This document shows positions 10,511-23,092 of a stretch of 64,000 nt of DNA, one piece after another. The DNA is taken from assembly GCA_028534125.1 (NCBI GenBank), contig CM052818.1, forward strand, positions 1,304,001 to 1,368,000. The letters run 5' to 3'. The stretch's first letter is position 1, and every line of letters begins with the position of its first letter. The notes under the pieces were generated by a model. The model had not been told where the DNA came from, ran no database searches, and saw nothing but the letters and a program-made list of their open reading frames with translations. The translations under genes were made by a program, and so were the position numbers. This DNA comes from Lama glama (Eukaryota).

Positions 10511-10789
10511 AATTCACATTTTTTTTTTCAGGTATTGGTTATATGCAAAAGTTAAAGGTTTAAGATTAATTTGTGGACTCTAAACAGATTTTATTCTGTT
10601 TTTCCATAGTGAGTTTTTTTTAATTCTTTAAATACGAATCCAAAACAGTTATAATGGCTGCATTGCAGACCATCTTAAATATATTATATTTCATTTAACC
10701 ATTCACTTAAGACTGAGTACTCGTAACTTTGTGGTACTGTAAATAAATGCAGTAGTGAACACCCCAGCACAAACCTAGCTTCTAAGGGT

Positions 10790-11250
10790 GTGTAACGGGC
10801 AATTTGTTGCTTTTGCCACCCCGTATTTATTGCCCCTTCCTCTGATAACACTACCCCAGTTCCTCTTCGGGAACTGACCTTTCCCTGTTGGGGACTGTTT
10901 GGTAACCCCATCAATGAGCATGCACTGAACTTTTCTAGATTAAAAAAATACACATGAAACTTGACCTAGGCTAATTTTATGCTCTCTCCATAGTAACTAA
11001 ATCTTAAGCAAAACGGTAAGATTGAGAAGAGCTGTCGCTGATTCATCCTTTACTGAATCACTGCTTTGTATATCCAGGTTCACGCAGCCCCAGAGCTACC
11101 TGGGTTTCTGCCCTTTGCAGACCTGATTTTATAGCTTTCTCTCTCAGTGCTGTGAGCTAAACCAAAAATGCATTTTTTTCTGTTTTCTTTTGTCCTGAGT
11201 TCTTATGTTTTTGTTTTTGTTTTTTGTTTTTGCAAAGATCCATAACTCAT
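10790..11250 (+). mobile_element. Old ERVL LTR (LTR33-like)
   Basis: tgtaacgggcaatttgttgcttttgcc...ccccttcctctgataacactacccc resembles the LTR33 5' end. Confidence 0.55.
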
Positions 11251-11458
11251 ACAGGGTGAATACTTCATTTCTTTTCTGTCTTTTTTCCTTTCTAATAAAA
11301 AAAATTAGTAATATACATTTTCCTCTGAGAAGTGGTATACTGGTATATTTTTATATGTATATTTTGCTGGTATACAAAGTAGTATTTTCATTGTTATTCG
11401 TTTCTGAATAGATTTTTTATTTCTTCTTTGAACTGAGTTATCTGAAACGATGGTTTTA

Positions 11459-11616
11459 TTTTTTTTTAATTTTTAAAAAAATTTTTACTTTTTTGGCAGG
11501 GGAAGGTAATTAGGTTTACTTATTTACTTGTTTATTTTAGAGGAGGTGCTGGGGATTGAACCCAGTAACTTGCGCGTGCTAAGCCTGTGCTACACCACTT
11601 GAACTATACTCTCCCC
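11459..11616 (-). mobile_element. Vic-1-type SINE
   Basis: tRNA-like head on the - strand; flanking repeats gaaacgatggtttta / gaaaagatggtttta. Confidence 0.85.
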
Positions 11617-11818
11617 ACCGAAAAGATGGTTTTAGAAACTCAAGTTAATTTTTTGAAAATCATTTTATTGCTATTTTTTCATTTTGTTATATTAAGAGAC
11701 TTTGTGGGGGGATTTATAGAGATCTTTATGTACATGATGAATTTTTATGAATGTTCTTTGGCAAAGCTTGGTATTGGCTACTTGTGGATACAAAATATTC
11801 TCTCTGCACACGTGTGCA

Positions 11819-11819
11819 T

Positions 11820-11851
<32 letters not shown>
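11819..11851. repeat. (CA)n microsatellite
   Basis: Visible dinucleotide run. Confidence 0.95.
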
Positions 11852-11855
<4 letters not shown>

Positions 11856-11909
11856 GCACACAGTATATATCTTTTAAGTCAAACCTGTAACTGTGTTGTT
11901 CAAATCTCC

Positions 11910-13656
11910 TTTACTATTACCCTGATACCAAAGCCAGGCAAAGACATTACAAGAAAACTACAGACCTGTATCCCTTTATGAATATAAAAGGATTATAATC
12001 ATGACCAAGTGGGTTTTATTCCAGGAATGAAAGGCTGTTTCAACATCTAAAATTAAACAATTTAATAGAATGAAGGGGGAAAAACCAACACGATCATTTC
12101 AATAAATGCAGAAAAATTATGTATCAAGATCCAACATTCTTTCAAGATAAAAACATTCAACAAAATAGGAATAGAAGAGAATTTATTCAATATGATAATG
12201 GCCACATACAAAAACCCCAGTGTAAAAGAGTGAAAGCTTTTCCTTAACATCAGAAAAAAACCAAAGATGTCTATTTTTACCACTTCTCTTCAACGTTGTA
12301 CTGGAAGTTCTAGCTAGAGCAATTAGGCAAGAAAATGAGCTTGGACCAAGTCCAAGCTCATACAGCTCACTGGACAATAGGCCAATAAATTGACAGACAA
12401 GGAATTGGGGCAAGAAATAGCAGCTTTATTCAGAAAGCCAGCAGACTGAAAAGATGGTGGACCAGTGTCCCAAAGAACCACCTTAAGTGAGTTAGAATTC
12501 AGGCTTCTTTCATATTAAAAGGGGAGGGAGTGTGACTAGGTAGGCCTGGTCACAACGTTCCTATAAACCTCCAACAAGACAATTGTTATTTTCTGTTCTG
12601 TGACTTTTTATCACTATATGCATAGAAAAGTGTTATACTTTTAAAGGTCAACCCTGGGAGGCAAGAGCTTTGAGAATGGGCTAACATGTATGTTTCAGGC
12701 TATAGGCAACATTCTTTTAAGAAGGTGCAGAGCCAGTATGGCTAAGTATAAGCAACAGAGCACAAAATTTAGAGCTAAAGGAATAATTCCAATAGAGCTA
12801 AAGGAATAAAATTGAGAGCCCAGAAATAAATCCTCACATCTGCAGCCAACTGATTTTTGACAAAGGTGCAAAGACCATTCAAGTCTCCTCAATAAAGGTG
12901 AGATCTAAATGAATAGATCCAATAGATCCAATCCAACACAGTCAGATTTGTTCTTCTCTGTTAAAAAATAAAATAAAATAAAAGGCGTACAAATTGGAAT
13001 AGAAGAAGTAAACTTATCTCTTTACACAGATGGTATGATCTTATCTGTAGAAAACTCAAGAATATACACACCACACACAAACACAAGCGTTAGAGCTAAT
13101 AAACAAATTCAGCAAAATTGCAAGATACAAGATTTACACATAAAAATAACTTGCATTTCTATATGCCAGCAATGAAAGTCCAAAAAGGAAATTAAGAAAA
13201 CAATTTCATTTAAAATAGTATCAAAAAGAAAATAGTTAGGAATAAAGTTAACTAAGGAGGCACAAGACTATATACTAAAAATTACAAAACATTGCTGAAA
13301 GAAATTAAAGAAGACTTAAATAAGAGCTTATTTTTGTCTTTTTTTTCTTTCAGGAAGAGGGATGTCCATCCTAAGACTCATATGGAATTTCGAAGGACCC
13401 TGAATAGCCAAAACAATCTTGAAGATGAACAAAGTTTAAGGACTCCCAGTTCCCAATTTCAAAAACTTACTACAAAGCTATAGTTATCAAAACAGTGTGG
13501 TACTAGCATAAAGACAGACAACATAGACCAATGGAATAAAATTGAGAGCCCAGAAAGAAATCCTCCCATTTACAGTCAATTGAATTTTGACAAGGGTGCA
13601 AAAACCATTCGGTGTGGGACAAGTCAGTCTCCGCAACAAAGTATTTTGGAAAACAA
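11910..13656 (+). mobile_element. Degraded L1 ORF2 fragments, interrupted by an LTR
   Basis: Translations ITLIPKPGKDITRK and LKEIKEDLNK, and gatcatttcaataaatgcagaaaaa, are L1 ORF2 RT-region motifs. Confidence 0.85.
12336..12962 (-). mobile_element. ERV1 LTR inserted into the L1
   Basis: The L1 breaks at gcaattaggcaagaaaa and resumes at aaaataaaaggcgtacaaattgg; the insert has LTR-like features including AATAAA on the - strand near 12425. Confidence 0.65.
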
Positions 13657-13900
13657 TGTCACTCTCCTGCCAGCAGAGGGAGGACGTCTTCCATCGAGGG
13701 TAGGGCCGGGGGATGGATATGTTAACCTCCTGCTTCCAGGAAGAAAAAGGAAAAAAGTCCGCATGCCCTTCTTGCACCTGCTGTTTTAGGGGGTTTGTTT
13801 GATTTGTTTTTGCTTTTTTTTTTTTTTTAAAGCATCTGTAGTTCAAAACAATATTCTGGTTTCCTTTACAACTAAGTCCTTCACCTGTGGTATGGCTTCT
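13657..13900 (-). mobile_element. Partial LTR, same family as 8312-8882
   Basis: Reverse complement aligns by eye with about 8315-8550 (aaggacttag..taaaggaaacc...aaaccccctaaaacagcaggtgc...ttcttcctggaagcaggagg). Confidence 0.85.
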
Positions 13901-14986
13901 CTTTCTTTTGGTTTATCTTATTTTAGTGGCACACATCCTCAGGGAACTTCTTTATCAAGAGTATGTCAAGTGAAATATTTTGAGACCTGTACATCTGGGA
14001 AGGCATTTTACTCTTACCCTCATGCATAATTAATGGTTTGTGTGGGTACAGAACTCAAGGTTAGGAATCATTTTCCTCCAGAATTTCTGGCGTGGCTGTC
14101 CAGAAGTCCTAAGACTTTCTGATCGCAGTCCTTTGTTTCTATAGGATGTTTCTTTTTGTTTTTACCTCTCTCTCTAGAAGCTTGTAGGATCTTTCCTTTA
14201 CTTCCATTATTCATAATTTATTGATAAGCTTCCTGTGGCCTATTTTCATCCCTTGGGCTGAGTCCTCCACAGAAATTCATGCCCTTTAATTCTGGACATT
14301 TTTCTTGAATTATTTCATTGATGATTTCCTTCCTCCTCCTTTTTTTTTTTTTTTCTTCTCTTCTCTCTCTCTCTTTATAAAATTCCTATCATTCAGATTT
14401 TGGATGTCCTGTCTTGGCCCACTAACATTCTTGTTTTCTTTTTGGCGTATCTGTTTTGCTCTACTGTCTGGAAAATGCTCTCAAGTTTATCTTCCTACCA
14501 ATCTATTAATTTTTTACAACACTTCTGCTATCGTATTTTAAATTTCGAACAACTTTTTCTGTGCTTGAAATAATGATTTTGTTCTTGTTTCAATCATAGG
14601 ATATTTTTTTATTTGGGGTAAGGGAACTAAAAATGTATTTGAAAGCCCTGAGTAAGTGAATGGGGCTTGTTGGCTCTGAACTTCATTATAAGGTGATCTG
14701 GCGAGGCCATTTGTTGGTGAACTCCTGACATTAGGTCTCTGTTCTTGGGATGGTCAGATTGGAAGGAAGATTCTTCCGATCTGCAGTGTGGAAAATCAAG
14801 GCTTGGCTGCCATCATTCTCAGAGCTCAGTGGGGAAAGAAGGCTGGTGGTCATTTGTTTACTTAGCCCTGCCTCTTTCTGCCTTCCTCCCCATTTATCGG
14901 GGTGTTCATGCCCTCAACTGTACTTGGTATTCTCTAGCCTAGAGATCTTATGTTTCTCTCTTTCCAGAAAGTAAACCTTTATTCTT

Positions 14987-15331
14987 TGTCTTCGTCAGTT
15001 CAGGCTCCTATAACAAATTACCATAGGCTGGGTGGCTTAAACAACAAGCATTCATTTCTCACAGTTCAGGAGGCTGGGAAATCCAAGATCAAGGTGCCAG
15101 CAGATCCAGTGTCTGGTGAGGGCCCCCCTTTTGGTTTGCATGCAGCCATCCTCTCATTGAATCTCACATGGCAGAGAGCAAGTTTCTTCCTATAAGGGCA
15201 CTAATCCTGCTCATAAGGGCTTCACCCTCATGACCTAATTACCTCACAAAGGTCCCACTTCTTAATGCCCTCATATTGGCAGCTGGGATTTCAACATATG
15301 AATTTTAGGGGGAAATATTCAGTCCGTAACA
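14987..15331 (-). mobile_element. MLT1A-type MaLR LTR
   Basis: Complete TG...CA element with ggctgggtggcttaaacaaca...tccaagatcaaggtgccagcagat...tttcaacatatgaatttt. Confidence 0.85.
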
Positions 15332-16149
15332 ATTTTCATCTGGGGTATGGGAGAATTAGTCAGCCATAGGTGTGGAGTGAGGGAGGAGATTCAGGATTCC
15401 ACCGGCTTTTAAATAATCTTTACCCATTTGTTATCATAGACTGCCTCACTACCTACAATCTAGAGATAGTTAGTGTTGCCAATTCCTGATCCTTTTTAGA
15501 ATTCTGCCAGTAGATTAGGTTGGGTTTCAGCTCTCCCCAATGCTACCAACAATTTGGTTTCCTTGGGTCTCTTAAATCATTCACGTTATTTCTAGCCTCC
15601 AAAATTGTGTAGTTATTAGCTCCTCTCCCATTTCTCAATTCAAGTATGTTTGTATCTTTAAAAAAAAATAACAAAACTTTATTATAGTTTTAGCAGTGTT
15701 TCAAATGTGTGTTTAATCTTTGTTCAGAGGTTTAGAATGCTTCTTTGTATGTGTTGTATTTGTAGGTTCTGCATTTGCAATTAAGGTTTCTGGAGTGCTT
15801 GGACCAGATGCCTTTGCAAGTAATCAGTATCCTTTCTCTATGACCAACAAAAACAGACCTAGAGACCACCTCCTAGACACACACAGACTGCATCACGTTC
15901 TTATATAGCTCAGAATCTTCCCGCCCATGGAGCAGGTAACAAGGCTCCATTCTGCAAAGTGCTGAATTTGACTGCTACACACAGCTCCATCCTTATACCT
16001 TACAGCCATCTGGATCCCTATATTCAACAAAATAAACCTACGGAGGCAATGACTTACAGATTGGTGCCACAGTGATTTAAAAGGCTGGTTCGAGAAATAC
16101 TTATGGCATTCATCTGGAAAGAATAAAGAGACTAATATGATGGTACGTG

Positions 16150-17000
16150 AAAACATATAAGACTCGGGAATAGATCCAAGAGAGCAAATGAACTAATAGT
16201 GGGAATTCTACTTGAAGAGATTATAATGAGTTACAGAAAGACGTTGCTAAACTGAAGAAAGACTGAGTCTTCCTAACAAAAGAGCCTAGTAAACTACCAC
16301 GAAAGCATGGCAGATGCCCAATAAATCTTCGTATAATGAACTAATAAATGATAAAAACGAGACCTACAGCTAGACATACCAAGTAGACTCAAAGTTTCAA
16401 GCATAAATAAATAATCTTATTTGACCCAGTCTGAAACAAAATGGGTTACTTACAAAATGAAAAACAGTAACATCAGACTTCTTTTTTGGGTAACACTAAA
16501 TATTAGAAAGGTGACAGAGCATCATTTCAGATTAGCAAGTTAAAAATATTATGAGTCAATAATTCTATGCCCTAGTAAAGTCTTGTTCATAAGACAGGGT
16601 AACAGAAAGATACTTTTATATATTCAAGGGCTCAAAAAGTAAACAACTTATATATTTTCTCTTAAAAAAACCCAAATAAATTCAAAGACGTACTCCAGGT
16701 GACTGAGAAATGAGTCAAAATAAAGAATGCAAGCATATGGAAGATGTGATATGATAAAAATATATAACCTTAAGTCCAGAAAACACAAGTTAATGTTTAA
16801 ATACTTCGTTTCCATGCTAATAAAACAGTAAAGATATTCAAAATAATTCCTGAAGGAGAAGACATAATGTATAAAATCAATTATTAGGTTGAATCTAAAG
16901 GCTTTATTTTTTAAAAAGCTGGTGTGTGGGAAGGTGTGGAAGAAGGAATTAGAATATCTTAAATCTCTCATAATATGGAGGTGCAATAATAACAATAATA
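16150..17000 (+). mobile_element. Highly decayed L1 ORF1 / HAL1-like fragment
   Basis: A-rich sequence with catcagacttc and aattctatgccctag...aaactt-type ORF1 3' motifs. Confidence 0.4.
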
Positions 17001-18789
17001 TCTACTATTTATTGCACTATAAAGCAATACACTAAGTGCTTTATATTTAGCTGCCTTATTCCGCCCACTATGAATTAGGGATTGTCTGAGTTGTTCATCA
17101 TTAAATCTCCAGAGCCTAAGTCCATTTCCTGGCTCATGTTTGGCACTCAGCTAATATTTGTGCAACATTGAATAAACAAGCCTATTAAGTAACCAAGGTT
17201 TAAAGATGCCCCGTGACCTGGCCAAGCTGGCACAGTAGGAGGTAGAGGCAGGTTTCCAGTCAGGCCTGTTTGCCTCCAAAATGCATAGTCACACTGTTTT
17301 CCCCAAAGTATAATGTTTTGTTTTTTAATATGGATAGAAAAATAAAAGTTCACACATTTACAATTTTATTTCAAAAGTAACCACTGGTAGACTAAAAATA
17401 GGATCTGTAACTTCCAAATCAATAGGGGGAAAAGTGGAACAAAGAAAACCTGAGTAAAGAAAAAAATAAAATAAAAAGAAACCACAAAGAAGCACAGAAA
17501 TAGGAAGCCTAATAGAAAAATGGGCAAAGAGCATGACCAAACAATTCACAGAAATAAAAATACAAAATCTTAATAAAAACTGAAGAACTGAGTGAAAATT
17601 AGCATGGTGAAATGGACATACATATATGCTATTTGTTGGAGTATAGGATTGCTCTAGCCTTTTTTAGAGATATTTTGGGCAATATCTGTTAAAATGCAGA
17701 AAGTTCCAATCCTTTTACCAGTTTCCAGGGCTTAATATATTTTTTTAATTGTAAAAATGTTCAAACATACACAAAAGAGTGAGAATAACATTAATGGACC
17801 TTAATACACCCATAATCCAGATTCAATAATTATCAAGATTTTGCCACCCTGGCTTAATCTATCCCTGCTTCCTTTCCCTCCCTGTCCCCCTTCGTCTCCT
17901 TCTTCTTTGCTGTTTAAGTGCTCTGAAGCATACCCTGGACTTCGTATCACTTTGACTAAAAAAGTCATCATTTTTTTATATAACCATATGCCACTATTAC
18001 ACCTAAAAAATTAACAATAGATCATCTAATACATCATAATTGACATCACCTAATACCTAGTCCATATTGAAATGTCCTCAGTTACCTAAAAAAATGCATT
18101 TTTACATTGGTGTGTTTGAATCAGAATCCAAACAAGAAAGATCCATACTTTTATTGAGTTGTCATGTCTTTTTAATATAAAGCCATCCCTCCCACCTTTT
18201 CTTCATGTCATTTACTCAAAGAAACTGATCGATGTTCTGCAGAAAGTCTCTCATTCTGGATTTTCCTGCTTTCTTAATTTATTCTTCAATTTTATTGACC
18301 TGTTTACTATTGAGTTGTAAGTACTGTTAACTTTTAAAAATTTTTTATTTAGAAACAATTTCAGATCTTTAAAAAGTTGCAAAAATAGTATTAAGAACGG
18401 CATACCTTTAGCTCAGATTTCCTAAATGTTAACCTTCTACCATGCTTGCTTTATTCATTCTATTTTTGTCCTGAAACATTTGAGAGTAAGTTGCAGACGA
18501 GATGCCCTTTACCTCTAAATACTCTGGTATATTTTCAAAAGAAGGACATTCTCTTACATAACAATAGTTTGATGGTCAAAATCAGGAAATAATACAATAT
18601 TATTCAAATTTCACCAAGTTTTCTTCTAAAGTCCTTTATCAGGTTTAGGCTTTTAAATCTATTTTAACATATCTCTTACCTTTCAGGCATTAGTACCCTT
18701 AAAAAAAGTTACTGCTATTGGCTACTGCAGTAGTTTCCAAGCTAGTTTGCACATTAGAACCACCTGCAGAACTTTAAAAATTCCTAGAG

Positions 18790-20350
18790 AAAATTCTTGA
18801 GAAGAAAGAATAAAGCTGAAGTCATCATTCTCCCTGATTTCAAACCATATTACAAAGCTATGGTAATTAAAACAGTATTGGCATTGGGATAAAATGAATG
18901 AACAGATCAATGAACATAGATCAACGAACAGAATAGTGAGCCCAGAAATAAACCCACTCACTTGGTTAATTAATTTATGACAAAGTAGCCAAAAAATACA
19001 CAACAGGGAGAGGACAATTTCTTTTTTTTCTTTTCTTTTTTTTTCTTCACGACAGTCTCTTCAATAAATGATGCTAGGAAAATTGGACATCCATACACAA
19101 AAGAGTGAAACTGAACCATTCACTTACATTAGGGACAAAAAAATAACTCAAAATGGTTTAAAGATTTGAATGTAAGACCCCAAACCAAGAAACTCCTGGA
19201 AGAAAACATAGGCAGTAAGCTCCTTGACATTGGTCTTGGTGATGGTTGTTTGAATCTGACACCAAGAGCAAAAGTAACAAAAGTAAAAATAAACAAGGAG
19301 ACTATATCAGACTAAAAAGCTTCTATACAGCAAAGGAAACCATCAACAAACCGAAAAGGCAACCTACTGAATGGGAGAAAATAATTTTAAAGCATGTATC
19401 TGATAAGGGGCTAATATCAAAACAAACAATATCATACAACTCAAAAGCAAAAAACAAACACTCCAATTAAAAAAGGGACAGAAGATCTGAATAGACATTT
19501 TTCCTAAAGACATATAGATGGACACAGACACATGAAAAGATGCTCTACATCACTAATCATCAGGGAAATGCAAACCCAAACCACAGTGACACATCACCTC
19601 ATACCTGTCAGAACTGCTATTATTAAAAAGATAAGAAACAACAAGTGTTGGTGAAGATGCAGAGAACAGNNNNNNNNNNNNNNNNNNNNNNNNNNNNNNN
19701 NNNNNNNNNNNNNNNNNNNNNNNNNNNNNNNNNNNNNNNNNNNNNNNNNNNNNNNNNNNNNNNNNNNNNNNNNNNNNNNNNNNNNNNNNNNNNNNNNNNN
19801 NNNNNNNNNNNNNNNNNNNNNNNNNNNNNNNNNNNNNNNNNNNNNNNNNNNNNNNNNNNNNNNNNNNNNNNNNNNNNNNNNNNNNNNNNNNNNNNNNNNN
19901 NNNNNNNNNNNNNNNNNNNNNNNNNNNNNNNNNNNNNNNNNNNNNNNNNNNNNNNNNNNNNNNNNNNNNNNNNNNNNNNNNNNNNNNNNNNNNNNNNNNN
20001 NNNNNNNNNNNNNNNNNNNNNNNNNNNNNNNNNNNNNNNNNNNNNNNNNNNNNNNNNNNNNNNNNNNNNNNNNNNNNNNNNNNNNNNNNNNNNNNNNNNN
20101 NNNNNNNNNNNNNNNNNNNNNNNNNNNNNNNNNNNNNNNNNNNNNNNNNNNNNNNNNNNNNNNNNNNNNTACAGCTGGCCAACAGGCACATGAGAAAAAT
20201 GCTCAACATTACTAATCATCAGGGAACTCCAAATCACTAGACTTGTGGTGATCATTTCACAATATATGCAAATATCTAATCTTTATGTTGTACACTTGAA
20301 ACTACTTATATAATGTTGCATATCAATCATATCTCAATTAAAAAATCAAA
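18790..20350 (+). mobile_element. L1 ORF2 3' region and 3' end, spanning the assembly gap
   Basis: Translation [27 protein letters not shown] is L1 ORF2; L1 3' end with A-rich tail near 20340. Confidence 0.85.
19670..20169. other. Assembly gap (500 N)
   Basis: Run of N. Confidence 1.
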
Positions 20351-21054
20351 AAGAAATTCATATATATGCTTGTATATACATAAAATCTTACACAGATAGA
20401 CTGTTTCTGAAAGGATATCCAAGAAACTGTTAACAGTAACAACAGCCAGGAGAGAGATTGGAAGGAAGAGGCCTGAAGAAAGAGGAAGGTAATTTTTACT
20501 ATGTAAGCACTCTTGTAATTCTTTCCCTAGTGAATTCTGATGCAGTTGGTTGTTGGACCAGTGGAGCTATTAAAATAAATTACAGATTTCTCAGCCCAGT
20601 ATTTCTTTCCAAGGCACTTTTCCAGCCCCATCTCTTACTACTACTTCTCTACATACCAGTGCAAATGAAGTTGTTGTTGGCTTTCTGGGTGCTCCTCACA
20701 CCTTCCGATGACATCTTTAATTTTCAGGCTTAGTCTCTCTATGAATCCTTCATGGCCAGAAGTGATCGCTGTGTTCGATTATCTGAACTGGTTTACAGCT
20801 ACTTTCTGCTTTATCTCTTAGTTTTGGGTTTCTCCAGCTTTCTCCTCCTGATGGTTGAAACATCGCTCTCTGCAGAAACCTAGTTAGTTCTTTCTTAATA
20901 TTCGCGTCTATAGAACTTTTGCACTTTGCAGCAAGGATCTTATGTAAGAATTTGTAGGATTAGTGCCATTGCCTGACTTAATCATTACTGCATATCATTT
21001 GTTAATGTTCCTGCCTTACAGTGGAGCTTTCAACACGAGTTTGTGGAATCAATG

Positions 21055-21800
21055 AATAAACGAGCGAAACCCAGTCTAACAATCTCCCAGAGAACTACAA
21101 ATCCCAGCGGGCAGTGCGCGGAACGTCGGCGGACGTGATGACGCAAGGGGGCGTGACGACTATGAGGGAGGGGTCGTCCTGCGGATGGCCGGAGGCTGGG
21201 GTGGCTGTGGACCCTTGGGTGAGAGAGCGAGTGAAAGGTGAGGCGAGCCAAGGAGGGGACGCGCTGCCGGGCGCCCCTAGTCTATGGAGCGGGGTAAGAT
21301 GGCGGAGGCGGAGAGCCTGGAGACGGCGGCGGAGCACGAGCGGATCCTCCGAGAGATCGAGAGCACCGACACGGCCTGCATCGGGCCCACGCTCAGGTAC
21401 CCTGGGTACCGGGGCCAAAGATGGGCGGGCACGGGCGGGACCGGAGGGCAGGCTCCTCTCGGGGCTGTGCGCCCGGCCGACTGCCCGCAGGGCCAGCGCC
21501 GGCCCCTCCCTTCGGAGAGCCGGGCGAGCGACCTCCACCCTCGGGGAGGCGGGTCTCGGTCCGCAGCCCCGACGTGGGGTCCCTTCCCGATGGTCGGCGC
21601 CGGCAGCCCGGTTACTCTGTAGGCGCCTCCTGTCTCCCTCAGGACTGGGGCAGCCTTCGTTCTCCCTCCGACGCTAGCCCGGCGCCGGGCAGCTAGAGAG
21701 CGCCCGACTGACGGTGGCTCTTAGCGGAGGCTCCGCCTGAGGGCATCACCCTTCTCCCTCCGACTCAGAACCCGTCCCGCCCTAGACAGAAGTCCAGCTC
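21055..21800 (+). promoter_or_regulatory. EXOC6B: CpG-island promoter of EXOC6B
   Basis: Abrupt GC and CpG enrichment around exon 1; ZNF143/THAP11-type AACTACAAATCCCAG at 21093-21107; TGACG half-sites; YY1-type AAGATGGCGG at 21296-21305. Confidence 0.9.
21284..21396 (+). CDS. EXOC6B: Exocyst complex component 6B (Sec15B), coding exon 1
   Basis: Translates MERGKMAEAESLETAAEHERILREIESTDTACIGPTL(R), the EXOC6B N-terminus; ends at AG|gtaccc donor; 113 nt, phase 2. Confidence 0.95.
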
Positions 21801-22139
21801 TTCGGGCAAAACCGAATTCACCCCACGATCTGTTGCGTGGAAATTAAACTCTTGCCTCCTTCAAATTACAACGACTTCTCAGAAACGAGTTCCTGAAAAT
21901 CCTAGGCCTGGAAGGAAGGAAGTTTCCTTCAACCCGCGCGCCCCTCTCCTGGGAGCGGGTGCTTGCCGAACCCTGTCAGGAGGACAACCTCTTCCAAAGG
22001 TGCAGCCTCATGGTGCCCTCATCCCTGAGAAGTTATCTCCCCGCCGTCCCCTGTTACCATTACTTTGCCAACACACTCCCATTTTATTTGGAGATGTCAA
22101 AACAAACTCCCACCTTCCTCAACTTATTTAGCAAAACTT

Positions 22140-22370
22140 AGGTACCATTTACTATGTGCAGTGCAAGACATTTATTAACCGATTTACAAATATAACTTAT
22201 TTAAACCGCAAAAGAATGTTATTAGGTAGGCACTATTATTACCTTCATTTCCCAGATGAAGCACAGAGAGGTTAAGTGACTTGTCTAAGGTCATAGAGAA
22301 AATAAAGTAGGGGAGTTGGGATTCCTACTCAGCAGTCTGGATCCAGTCTGCATTCTTAACCTCTGTTCTG
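22140..22370 (-). mobile_element. MIR SINE
   Basis: tattattaccttcatttcccagatgaagcacagagaggttaagtgacttgtctaaggtca core. Confidence 0.8.
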
Positions 22371-22604
22371 CCTCAGTTGGGGACTACCATCTACCTGTAC
22401 TTTCTGTTAGTTACTCACCAAGTGCAATTTCAAACTCTCTTTCTCCTTCCTCTTAGTTTACTAGTGCCCTAGAACTAACTTGTCTTCATCCTTCCTGTGG
22501 CTCCTTCTGATCTCCATGCAGCCAATAGAGAATTATCTTACCCATTTCTACAGTATTGGGTCACTGTTCCTCCCTTCAAAAAAAAAGTTATTACTCACTG
22601 CTTG

Positions 22605-23092
22605 GTTTTTTTTTTTTCCCCTAATATTGAAGTGTAGTCAGTTGTCAATCTGGTGTACAGCATAGTGTTTCAGTCATACATACACATATATTTGTTTTCA
22701 CATTCTTTTTCATTACAGATTATTATAAGATATTGAATATAGTTCCCTGTGCTATACAGTATAAACTTGTTGTTTACCTATTTTATATATAGTAGTTAGT
22801 ATCTGCAAATCTCAAACTCCCAATTTACCCCTTCCCACCCTCTTCCCCCCGTATCCATAAGTTTGTTTGCTGTGTCTGTTAGTCTGTTTCTGTTTTGTAG
22901 ATAAGTTCATTAGTGTCTTCTTTTTTCTTTCTTCTTCTTTTTTTTTAGATCCTGCATATGAGTGATATCATATCGTGTTTTTCTTTCTCTTTCTGGCTTA
23001 CTTCACTTAGACAATCTCCAGGTCTATCCATGTTGCTGCAAATGGCATTATTTTATTCTTTTTTATGGCTGAGTAGCATTCCATTGTATACT
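22605..23092 (-). mobile_element. Lineage-specific L1 3' end
   Basis: T-rich tail followed by ttgaagtgtagtcagtt...gatattgaatatagttccctgtgctatacag; same family as 33960, 39125 and 57178. Confidence 0.85.

Noticed and set aside
19553..20255. ORFs of 182-218 aa
   Set aside because: Artefacts of the N gap.
21030..21696. Several overlapping ORFs on both strands, including read-through of exon 1 to 21622
   Set aside because: Expected in a stop-poor CpG island; similarity to EXOC6B ends at the donor at 21396.
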